Shown: positions 10,577-18,337 of the stretch, one piece after another
How the letters are laid out: the number at the start of each line of letters is the position of its first letter
Position numbering within the stretch: the first letter of the stretch is position 1
Assembly: GCA_039818205.1 (NCBI GenBank)
Contig: JBCBUK010000026.1
Span: 1 to 26,623 of the forward strand
Reading direction: 5' to 3'
Source: Verrucomicrobiota bacterium
GTDB taxonomy: Bacteria; Verrucomicrobiota; Verrucomicrobiia; Opitutales; Cerasicoccaceae
DNA: 26,623 bases
Position numbers and translations under genes: made by a program
Notes under the pieces: generated by a model
The model's input: the letters and a program-made list of their open reading frames with translations, nothing else
What the model was told of the DNA's origin: nothing
Database searches by the model: none

Positions 10577-13500
10577 TCAGGGTTCAACCAACTCCGCTTC
10601 CAAGATAAAGAAAGACCTAAGTACATCCGCGAAGTTGCCCGTGAAGAAAAAACTACCCGGCGAGGAGAAGTCAGAAAAGTCGGGATGGATCAGGGTGCGG
10701 CTGTCAGTCGGACCGTCCCACGTGAACACGATCTCACTGAAGTCGACCAAGTCCGTGGAGCGACGGACGTGCAGTCGGGTGTAAGGAAGCGCCGACGCAT
10801 TGAGCCCCGCCGAAAGGCCGAATGAGGCGCCGCCGCTTCGGAGGGCAAAGGCAGATGGGTCCATCTGGTCGAAGACAAAGGGGTCGGTGCCCACGGCATT
10901 TTCCACGCCCCAAGCAACGCCGTCCTCATCGAAGTCCTCCGCCCAGACGAGCGCGAGATCTGCAGTTCCCTGATACTCCACCGAGCCGATGTCGGGGCTG
11001 GCATCGCGAAAGAATCCTCGCTGATCCGTCGATGCGGTGTCGGATGTGGCAGCGTCGATGGCGGGCGAGCCTGGAAGCGGAAGGTGAACGGGAGTCTGCC
11101 CGCCGCGATCGGCCAAGGGAGCAAGCAATGGGTCTCCGCTCGTCAGATTGGTTCCGACGAGGTCGAGCGAGCCCTCGTTTTCGAGGTTATTATCCGAAGC
11201 ATTGCCTGCAACAATGCTGTCCTTAAGGAGCAAATGACCGAAATTGAGAATGCCATCGCCTCCCAAAGACCCGGCTTGATTGGCTGTGACAGTCGTGTGG
11301 ACAATTTCCATCATGGCGGCGCTCCCCACCTCGACGGCACCTCCCCCCGCGTCGGCCGAATTTTCGGATACGGTGCACGAATCCAAATAGGCTAGACTGC
11401 TCCCGCTTAGTCGAATCGCACCGCCAGACTTCGCTCGATTGTCCGATAGGGTTGATCGCACAATCTGAACGGTTCCGTTCTCGCCATAGATCGCGCCACC
11501 AGACTTCGCTCGGCCATCGCGAATGACAGTGTCGCGAACCTGGACCGTGCCCGCCTCATTCCAGATAGCGCCTCCATCGCCCATATCTAGGAGAACTCCC
11601 GTTTCCCTCAAACCTTCGGTCCCGGCCCAGTTGTCTTCAAGAAAACAGTCGCTGAGAAGCAGGTTGCCGAAATTGGCCGCCCCTCCACCATCACCACTTT
11701 CGCCGCCTAGGACTTCCAAAACACCTGTGTTATCACCCGTGTAGCTCCCCCCATCACCGGCCCGATTGCCGAAGAGGAGGCTTTGCAAGAGTGAAAGTGT
11801 GCCCTTGTTAACGACGGAGCCACCCGAATCCCCTCTTGCGTCAACGTCATTAAAAAGTCCGGCATCATCCTGCCCATCCGGCGCCCGGCCATTGCCCAGG
11901 GTAAAGTTCTGCATGGCGACCGTCGCGTCGGCGCTGATGTTAAAGTGGCGGGTCGGCGTGACGCCAGAGAACCCGGACAGCCCGTCAAGGAACACGCCGC
12001 CCCTCCTCGCTGAGGCATCGATGAAGAGGCCAGGCGTGGAAAGAATTTCCAATTGGCCGAGCGTGAGCCGAATGGGGCGCGGAAAGCGTGCACTCGAGAA
12101 GAGAATGCGGTGGCCGGGTTGGTCGGCGGCGGCAATGGCCTCACGCAGAGATATCCCAGCCCCACCAAGGAAGCCATCGTCTTCATCAAGCTCAGTGGTG
12201 ACGGTGATGGTCGGGCCGACCTCTACCGCGCCGATGTCTGCACTGGCGCCGACAACCCGAGGAAAACCGCGCTGGTCGAACGCCGCTGCGGTGGAGGTAA
12301 CGGCGTGAATCAGCGGTGAGCCCTCCAGCGGGTGTAGAGTCATGGTCGGCCCGCCAAACCAGGCCAATGGGCTGAGCAGCGGGTCCTTGGGATTCTCCTC
12401 CGTCCCGACCAACGGGCCTTCGGGAAACTCGACATCCACGCCAGAGTTGTTCCCGATGAAGTTACTGCCGAGGGGTGTAACGGTTGCACCATCATTGAAA
12501 ATGTCATCGGATGAGCCGGCGCCGCGATTGCCGGCAACTACTGAATCTTCAAGGATGAGGACAGCTGAGTCGCCCAGATAGATACCCCCCTCGGAACCAG
12601 CGCTGACGTTACCCGAGATCGTGCTTCGCCGTATCTCCATCCTTGAGTCCTGCGCAATAACGATGGCCCCCGCAGACACGAAACCCGTAGAGTGGCAATC
12701 AGCGATCGTAGACGCTTCGAAGATGCAAGTTGCGTTCTCTCCTACCACGATGCCTCCGCCATCGATCGCGCTGCAGTCGTGAATCGTGCAGCGAGTGAGC
12801 CTTGCCTCACCAGAACCGCCCAGCAGAATCCCACCACCACCCGGGAATTCCGCGTTACCCCGAGTCAAGGTCAGGCTACTCAGCATTAGCAAGTCTCCGT
12901 CCGAGACAGAAAAGATCCTCGACTGGCGATTCCCACTAATCGTTGCACCCGGCAGCAGATCCGATCCATCGATCGTGAGAACGCCCTGGATACTCAGTTC
13001 GCCACTCGTGAGCGTACAGGTTTCCCCGGCCATGTCGGGGGCAAAGGTGACCAGGCTACCCGAGGGTGAGTAAAGCACCGCCTCGCGCAGCGAAACGCCC
13101 TCGCCGTCGCCCAGGGAACCGTCGTCCTCGTCCGCTGGAGTAGTGACCACCGTGCCGAGTTCTTCCCAAGTCGTCGCCACAACGAGATTGTCCCACACGA
13201 CCGGGTCACCGCCGGTGCTCGTAAGCTCGACGCCGGTGCTCCAGTTCGTGCCGGTGTAGGCGAAGGAGCGGGCGGCGGTCGCCGCGCTCTCCGGTTCGTT
13301 GAGATCGGGGTCAATGTAGAGCGTGGCCACATCGTTGGCGTAGTCGATCTTGCCCACGAGGGTGAGGGTCTGCCCGCCCACCGGCACGGCGCCACCCGTA
13401 TAATTGATGGAGGTATTGATATCCTTGATGCCCAGAGTTAATCCGTTTTCCTTGCCGAAAAACAAGCGCGGTGCACCGAAGTCGTAGGAGTTGAAGCCAT

Positions 13501-13927
13501 ACTCAGTCGCGGGCGTCTCTCCTAGCGTCAAGGTGACCCGAATGTAGACTTGGTTGGCATCGGAGCTGGGAAAGCTGAAGGGATCATTGACCGCGCCCTG
13601 CCTGATGCCCGCTCCATTGTAGTCGCGCCGCACCGAGGAATTCTGAGTCACCAGTTTTTGGTTGGTGACCACCGGCGCTCCAATCTGATTGAGCCAGGCA
13701 GAAGCCGTGCCGGTGTGCCCGATATCCGGAGAGCCCGGCGGATCCGGGAGGTTATCATAGTCCCAGAGGGTTCCGCCATCGCCGCCGGCTATGGCCCCGT
13801 CAGGATAGTGGAAGGTTTCAACGCCGATAATCTCACCGTAGGTCGCAACTGAGGCAACGAGCAAGGCTCCGAAAATAAACACGGAATCTTGCACGGTAAA
13901 AAAAAGTGACGGCTTGCTTTCCCACAT
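10577..13927 (-). CDS. Secreted CSLREA / choice-of-anchor Q beta-helix (polymorphic outer-membrane-repeat-like) protein
   Basis: Signal peptide. Two units each start with DEDDG..G(V/I)SLREA, contain GGAI/GGGI beta-helix repeats and end in PLLxPLA..GGxT..HxPxxGSP..DQRGF.R..DIGxVE. C-terminal DFDEDG..GTDP...RSTDL...FFILE module. Confidence 0.9.
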   Translation of the reverse strand: MWESKPSLFFTVQDSVFIFGALLVASVATYGEIIGVETFHYPDGAIAGGDGGTLWDYDNLPDPPGSPDIGHTGTASAWLNQIGAPVVTNQKLVTQNSSVRRDYNGAGIRQGAVNDPFSFPSSDANQVYIRVTLTLGETPATEYGFNSYDFGAPRLFFGKENGLTLGIKDINTSINYTGGAVPVGGQTLTLVGKIDYANDVATLYIDPDLNEPESAATAARSFAYTGTNWSTGVELTSTGGDPVVWDNLVVATTWEELGTVVTTPADEDDGSLGDGEGVSLREAVLYSPSGSLVTFAPDMAGETCTLTSGELSIQGVLTIDGSDLLPGATISGNRQSRIFSVSDGDLLMLSSLTLTRGNAEFPGGGGILLGGSGEARLTRCTIHDCSAIDGGGIVVGENATCIFEASTIADCHSTGFVSAGAIVIAQDSRMEIRRSTISGNVSAGSEGGIYLGDSAVLILEDSVVAGNRGAGSSDDIFNDGATVTPLGSNFIGNNSGVDVEFPEGPLVGTEENPKDPLLSPLAWFGGPTMTLHPLEGSPLIHAVTSTAAAFDQRGFPRVVGASADIGAVEVGPTITVTTELDEDDGFLGGAGISLREAIAAADQPGHRILFSSARFPRPIRLTLGQLEILSTPGLFIDASARRGGVFLDGLSGFSGVTPTRHFNISADATVAMQNFTLGNGRAPDGQDDAGLFNDVDARGDSGGSVVNKGTLSLLQSLLFGNRAGDGGSYTGDNTGVLEVLGGESGDGGGAANFGNLLLSDCFLEDNWAGTEGLRETGVLLDMGDGGAIWNEAGTVQVRDTVIRDGRAKSGGAIYGENGTVQIVRSTLSDNRAKSGGAIRLSGSSLAYLDSCTVSENSADAGGGAVEVGSAAMMEIVHTTVTANQAGSLGGDGILNFGHLLLKDSIVAGNASDNNLENEGSLDLVGTNLTSGDPLLAPLADRGGQTPVHLPLPGSPAIDAATSDTASTDQRGFFRDASPDIGSVEYQGTADLALVWAEDFDEDGVAWGVENAVGTDPFVFDQMDPSAFALRSGGASFGLSAGLNASALPYTRLHVRRSTDLVDFSEIVFTWDGPTDSRTLIHPDFSDFSSPGSFFFTGNFADVLRSFFILEAELVEP

Positions 13928-14594
13928 TCAATGAACCTCACGAAATCCTAGCAACAATGCAAGTTCTACCTGCTAAAACGTTGGATTCAAGTATATGCTC
14001 CGTTAGTGAATCCCGCAGGCCAAGCCATTGCCAACATTCGTGCGGGAAGTTCTCTTCACTGGATAGAGCTTTATTTTCCGTTCACGAAGATCCTTGGCCA
14101 GATTCACCTTGATTCCAACATCAAGCTGCTTCCCACTAGAAAAGACATAGCATGTGGAATCGCATCTCTACCGAATTCATGGTTGACCGGGAACGTGGCA
14201 CGCGGAGGGCTAGTCACTGGGATGTTCTGTTGGGAGTAGGTGAACTTGCCCATGAACATAACTACTGGTAGTGGCTTCAATAGGAAGGCGTGATGCCGTT
14301 GGAAACAAAGCTTCCTGCTCACGAGTTCCGAAGCACAGACAAGCAGTCATCAAATAGATGGGATTCATAACCGAGAAGCTCTTCATTGCGTTATTTTTTA
14401 GTAAGTTGGCACGCTTGCTATTGGTTCGTCCAGCACGTTCACTTGAGGATGCGGGGGTTGTTTTCCAAAACGATGGCGAAGGTATCGGCGTTAAATTGAA
14501 AGCTGATTCAGCTGGAGAGTGATTGTTCAAATTCTGGAGCATAAAGACGGTTGGGTTGGTGGGTCCGGTGGGGTAAAAATTCGGTGTGGTTTTT

Positions 14595-14697
14595 GCGTCA
14601 GTTACGAAAGGTATATCAAGCTAAGCCCGCCGACGCCCCGGTGCGGCGCGCTCCCGCGCATCCGCAGCCGGTAACGTCCGGCAGGGGCCCTGCGGGC
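14595..14697 (-). other. Orphan rolling-circle double-strand-origin-like element (GC-rich nested hairpin followed by CTTGATA)
   Basis: Nested inverted repeats at 14625-14697 (gcccgc/gcgggc, gacg/cgtc, ccgg, tgcgg/ccgca, cgcg). On the minus strand they are followed by ttagCTTGATAtacctttcgtAACT. CTTGATA is the pC194/phiX174-type nick motif. Confidence 0.4.
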
Positions 14698-14778
14698 CAA
14701 GATACGTATCGTTGGCAATTGTGTCGCCGCTTGGTTCCGCATCCTTCGCAGTCCACTATCCAGCTATAAAATCTGAGC

Positions 14779-14808
14779 TTGCAAAGATTCGTCCTTTTCG
14801 TCTATTAT
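14779..14808 (+). promoter_or_regulatory. Sigma70-like promoter of the toxin-antitoxin operon, with a possible operator
   Basis: TTGCAA (14779-14784), 18-bp spacer, TATTAT (14803-14808), 21 bp upstream of the ATG at 14830. The spacer holds TTCGTC twice (14788, 14797). Confidence 0.55.
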
Positions 14809-14829
14809 GGATGTAACGAAACACATATC

Positions 14830-15126
14830 ATGCAGACTTTTACAGCAAACGACGCCAAGCAGAATTTCGGTCAAGTCATGGACAATGCGCTCCAGGAACC
14901 GGTTTCTATTACAAAGCACGGCCGGCCAACAGTGGTCATAACCTCGGAAAGTGAGTATCGCGAGTTACTAAAAATCAAGTATGAGCACCTTAAGGCCGAT
15001 GTTCAGGCTGGTTTCGAATCGTTGGACCGAGGTGAGGGAATCGCTATTCAATCCGAGAGTGACCTAAACTCAACGATCGATAAGCTCAAGGCGCGCGGTC
15101 GCAGCAAACTAAAAAGCTCAGAATAG
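14830..15126 (+). CDS. Type II antitoxin, Phd/YefM family
   Basis: MQTFTANDAKQNFGQVMDNALQEPVSITKHGRPTVVI is the Phd/YefM signature. ATG 14830 is preferred to TTG 14779, which is the -35 box. The gene lies 3 bp upstream of the toxin. Confidence 0.9.
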   Translation: MQTFTANDAKQNFGQVMDNALQEPVSITKHGRPTVVITSESEYRELLKIKYEHLKADVQAGFESLDRGEGIAIQSESDLNSTIDKLKARGRSKLKSSE

Positions 15127-15129
15127 TCC

Positions 15130-15438
15130 ATGAATCTGGTTCTATCCCCGGAGGCTCTCAGCGATCTTGAAGAGCTTTGGTTCCACATTGCACAAGATGA
15201 CCCAATTGCTGCCGATGGAGTTATCGACTACCTACAACTGCAGTTTCTCAAGATTGCGGCGACACCGACTATGGGTAGAGTTCGCTCAGACTTGTGGCCG
15301 GATGCCTATTGCTATTCGACCGGAAGAGGAGCGTGGCGGAGCGGCTTTCTAGTCTTCTATCGCATTCGCGAAAGAAGCATTGAGGTTGCACGAATCATCG
15401 AAGGCCACCGAGACATTTCGCCAAAGATGTTTGAATAA
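15130..15438 (+). CDS. parE: Type II toxin, RelE/ParE superfamily (ParE-like)
   Basis: LSPEALSDLEELWFHIAQDDPIAAD...PTMGRVRSDL...LVFYRI...EVARIIEGHRD is the ParE pattern. Confidence 0.88.
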   Translation: MNLVLSPEALSDLEELWFHIAQDDPIAADGVIDYLQLQFLKIAATPTMGRVRSDLWPDAYCYSTGRGAWRSGFLVFYRIRERSIEVARIIEGHRDISPKMFE

Positions 15439-15670
15439 TCGAACCGATCATTAGCCAGGTTCCGAACTTCACCCGTCTCACATGTCAAACTGCGCCTGAA
15501 GCGCGACTAAGTCGAGTCTACAGGACGCGCTACTCCATCTCCGGCTGCGCCTACGATAACCCATGGGGGTAGCCCGTTAGCAGGAGTCAAAGAGGTAACT
15601 TCACACCGAGCTAAATAAGTGAGAAAACCAGCGGGCAAAACTAGTGCTATAGGGTTCTGCCGTTTGCGAT

Positions 15671-16114
15671 TTACCCAGCGTTTGACGTCGCCAATTCGAA
15701 AACAATAGATCCATTTTTAGACTGCCGAAGTTCAACTCCACCTATTGTTAAATCATTTTTGAGATTTTTCCCTAACCACACATTCTTAGAAGTCCCTCTA
15801 GAATCAGCTATTTTGAGATTTCTAACCAGCAAATTACGACAATATTCCAGTTCAATATGTTTTTTCGCTTTTTTGAAGCTAGACTCAGCGCGGCGAGAAT
15901 CATCGCTGGAATCCTGAGTCCATATCGCTATTCGACCTACTGTTACAATCTTGCCACTTCTCTGGCTGGGCAACAGCTGAATATGCTGCGTTCCAAAAAT
16001 GAACTTCCATTCAATATTAGATTGTCTGTCAATACGATCGCACTCTTCCGAGAGCATCTCGACTAAAACACTCTCATCATCCTCTCCTAAAAATAATCTT
16101 ATTTCTTTTTTCAT
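15671..16114 (-). CDS. Probable immunity protein for the upstream Rhs C-terminal toxin
   Basis: 147-aa AT-rich ORF whose ATG overlaps the toxin stop (TGATG at 16116-16112). This is the standard polymorphic toxin-immunity layout; no family recognised. Confidence 0.65.
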   Translation of the reverse strand: MKKEIRLFLGEDDESVLVEMLSEECDRIDRQSNIEWKFIFGTQHIQLLPSQRSGKIVTVGRIAIWTQDSSDDSRRAESSFKKAKKHIELEYCRNLLVRNLKIADSRGTSKNVWLGKNLKNDLTIGGVELRQSKNGSIVFELATSNAG

Positions 16115-16926
16115 CAATCGTAAGCTTCAAACTCAATATTTTCATCAGCTCCTCGAATGTCATCCAAGGCGTCTCGTTCCCGCTTGATGGGGTCTACACC
16201 ACCTTTTTCTGCCCCAGGGCGTTTGTTCGATTGACCAACATTATAGTGATAGGTGTTTCCATTCCTGTCAACGAAGGTTGCGTCTGTTCTCCTCGTATCT
16301 TTAACACCACCACGTGTTTCAATGGTAACCTCAGGTGTCTTTCGGTAGACACCACCACCAACGTGCGTATTGCCCGCGTCAGTTTCGCGCTGGATGATTT
16401 CTTCAATCTTGTCGTTGTGAGGTCCATCAGGTTTCGGACCAGGTTTCTTGTGAGGAGCTCCGTCTTTTGTGGTTTTCTGGGACCAACGTTGAGAACCTGC
16501 ACCCGTAGATTTCGCACTGCCTTCAGGTGATCCGCCACTCCCTTTGCTGGAAAATCCTTGAGAATTCTCTAGTATATCGCCTATAGCGTTGACTCCAACA
16601 TAACTGCCATGCGCAGCTGTCGCCGTTCCCGCGACGGCAAGGGCCGCACCAGGACCGTTCGTTACTCCATCAGGAGTCACCATTGCCGCAACACCTGTTG
16701 CGGTCATCTTGCCACCAACATGAATTTCTACAGCAGCCTGAGCCGCACCAATAACGTTCCCAGTTACCAACCCAGCCTGACTGACATTGTCAGCGCCGGT
16801 GTAAACTTGATCTGGTCCAAATCCATTGGATTGAGACCAACCTGCTAATGCAAATTTTCCGAAATTCCCAGCGCCGGTTTTAAATTCGTCCCAGCCATAA
16901 AGCCCCAGAGGATCAAATTTGGTCCA
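16114..16926 (-). pseudogene. Orphan Rhs C-terminal toxin module (core lost), putative nuclease
   Basis: In frame upstream of the 218-aa ORF the sequence reads WTKFDPLGL (16926-16900), the Rhs DPxGL junction. There is an in-frame stop ~15 codons further up and no YD repeats. A Gly/Ala-rich hydrophobic segment follows, then E..I.T.GG.K..RRTDATF...NVG...P.KRE..AL.D, reminiscent of restriction-endonuclease-fold toxins. Confidence 0.8.
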
Positions 16927-16968
16927 AAGTCTTGATACAGACGAACAATCGTAATCAGGTGTGAATTC

Positions 16969-17071
16969 TTCCTATTGTGGATGAATCACTTACAGAAGAA
17001 TGATTCAGTGCGTATGGAGTCACGAGAAAATTTTTCTCCAGACGCGATAGTTTGCGGCTAAAAACATTTGC
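16969..17071 (+). repeat. Imperfect ~100-bp direct repeat, copy 1
   Basis: Aligns by hand with 17515-17619; the 21-mer ggatgaatcacttacagaaga, ttcagtgcg, atggagtc and tctccagacgcg are identical. Confidence 0.9.
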
Positions 17072-17128
17072 CAATACCCCATAGCAATCGGATCTTGAGA
17101 CCCTAAGCAGGTTAGCTAAAATAGCTTG

Positions 17129-17506
17129 ATGCACAAAGATGACGTTTACCAGTTTGCCCAGGAGCTCATGCAAGCGGTCTGGATTCCTTTTAATCCATCG
17201 CGTTTGGCAGATTTCTACCACTTGGATGTCGTAGGTCATCATAGGAATCAGACCTTGAGCCTAGCAGACATAGAGAATCGTCTTCTATGGGATCGCGCCA
17301 ACATTGTGGATTCTCATTACGACATCAAAGACGTTGTCGCTGATACTGATCGTTTCTCTATAAGGTTTCTGTATACCGCCACTTTAACAAAATCTGGAGA
17401 GAATCTGAGTGTTGATGTGGTGTATTTCTACTCTATGAGAGAGAGCAAAATCGATAAGTTCTGGACCTTAGCCAGCATTGATTTTGATTATAATGAGAAG
17501 CCATAA
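17129..17506 (+). CDS. SnoaL-like / NTF2-fold protein
   Basis: 125 aa: N-terminal helix, LADFYHLDVVGH, YDIKDVVADTDRFSIRF and C-terminal FYSMRESKIDKFW fit the NTF2/SnoaL pattern. Confidence 0.75.
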   Translation: MHKDDVYQFAQELMQAVWIPFNPSRLADFYHLDVVGHHRNQTLSLADIENRLLWDRANIVDSHYDIKDVVADTDRFSIRFLYTATLTKSGENLSVDVVYFYSMRESKIDKFWTLASIDFDYNEKP

Positions 17507-17514
17507 TTCGATTT

Positions 17515-17619
17515 TTCCTATTTCGGATGAATCACTTACAGAAGAGAATTTCAGTGCGCATGGAGTCGCAGGGAAAATTTCTCTCCAGACGCGTTATTTT
17601 GTAGCCAAAAAACGATTGC
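17515..17619 (+). repeat. Imperfect ~100-bp direct repeat, copy 2
   Basis: Begins 8 bp after the SnoaL stop; period of 546 bp relative to copy 1. Confidence 0.9.
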
Positions 17620-17925
17620 TACGATGCCGCGCACCTGCCGTAAATGGTTACGACATAGCGTGAACAGTCGCGCCATTACCGAATTTGAGCCGAGAGCCTG
17701 TGAGCTGAAAAATGCAGCGGGCATGATTGGTTAACCGGGACAGCACCACGAGGAGGGCTAGGTGTTTGAGCGTTCAGTCAGATGTAGGCGAGATTAGCTC
17801 TTGAAAAGATTGGAGGGTTGGTAGTCGAAAAGCTGTTCATTGCGCAAAAAAACATCAGGCCCGGCAACCAGTTGGCATGCCCACGGCTATGGTTGGCCTG
17901 TGCGGTTGTTTCTGCTGGACACACC

Positions 17926-17959
17926 AAAAAGCCCGCGAGACCAATACTGGTGCGGGTTT
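17926..17959 (-). terminator. Possible intrinsic terminator downstream of the tRNA-like fragment
   Basis: The minus strand reads cccgc-acca-gtat-tggt-ctc-gcggg-CTTTTT: a GC stem followed by a U tract, ~35 nt after the CCA. Confidence 0.4.
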
Positions 17960-17994
17960 CAGCTCCACAATTCGTTCTGAATGTAAGATACTTT

Positions 17995-18023
17995 TGGACC
18001 CCCCCGGGGACTCGAACCCCCGG
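17995..18023 (-). other. tRNA/tmRNA-like 3' fragment (T-arm to CCA); candidate att site
   Basis: Minus strand: CCGGGGG-TTCGAGT-CCCC-GGGGGGG-T-CCA. There is a T-loop consensus and CCA but no D or anticodon arm; the isotype cannot be assigned. Confidence 0.6.
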
Positions 18024-18124
18024 CCGATATTACGCAAGGCAATACCGATGAAAGCCTTACGGTATCGAGCACTACCGAAGGCGCACTAATAGGGTCACAG
18101 ATTTCTGAAGACGTCTGGCATGAC

Positions 18125-18337
18125 TTGGCGCAGGTAGCGCGGATTTGGCCGCGACTCAGTCCAGGACAACGTGCCGTCATTCTGGAGATCATTCAGCCGA
18201 CTTTAACTCAAACGTTGGTTGGAGAACCTCATCTTCCGGATGGGGATTCCAAAGGGGTTCACCCCTTTGCGTCCAACGGCGCGCCCACACCTACCCCAAA
18301 ATCTCGCGCGCTGTTCGATGGAGGTGACGCCCGGTGA
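18125..18337 (+). CDS. Small ORF with DLxxVxxxWPxLxxxxRxxIL motif; frame open from 17987 without an ATG
   Basis: The frame reads PRGLEPPADITQGNTDESLT...HDLAQVARIWPRLSPGQRAVILEIIQ. Its stop overlaps the rep start (GTGA 18334-18337). Confidence 0.5.
   Translation: MAQVARIWPRLSPGQRAVILEIIQPTLTQTLVGEPHLPDGDSKGVHPFASNGAPTPTPKSRALFDGGDAR

Noticed and set aside
13898..13905. T8 tract in the signal-peptide region of the 1,116-aa gene as a phase-variation switch
   Set aside because: The tract is short, in frame and explained by Leu-Phe-Phe codons; there is no evidence of length variation.
351..13927. Dozens of short ORFs overlapping the two large genes
   Set aside because: They are antisense or out-of-frame shadows of GC-rich coding sequence, with no motifs.
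13950..14330. Small ORFs between the beta-helix gene and the hairpin
   Set aside because: No recognisable motif in the frames examined; probably decayed or non-coding.
16969..17619. CRISPR array or integron attC sites
   Set aside because: There are only two ~100-bp copies with a gene between them, no cas genes, and no RYYYAAC...GTTRRRY ends.
17995..18070. Complete tRNA or tmRNA gene
   Set aside because: Only a T-arm-like hairpin and CCA are present; no D arm, anticodon arm or matching acceptor strand could be folded.
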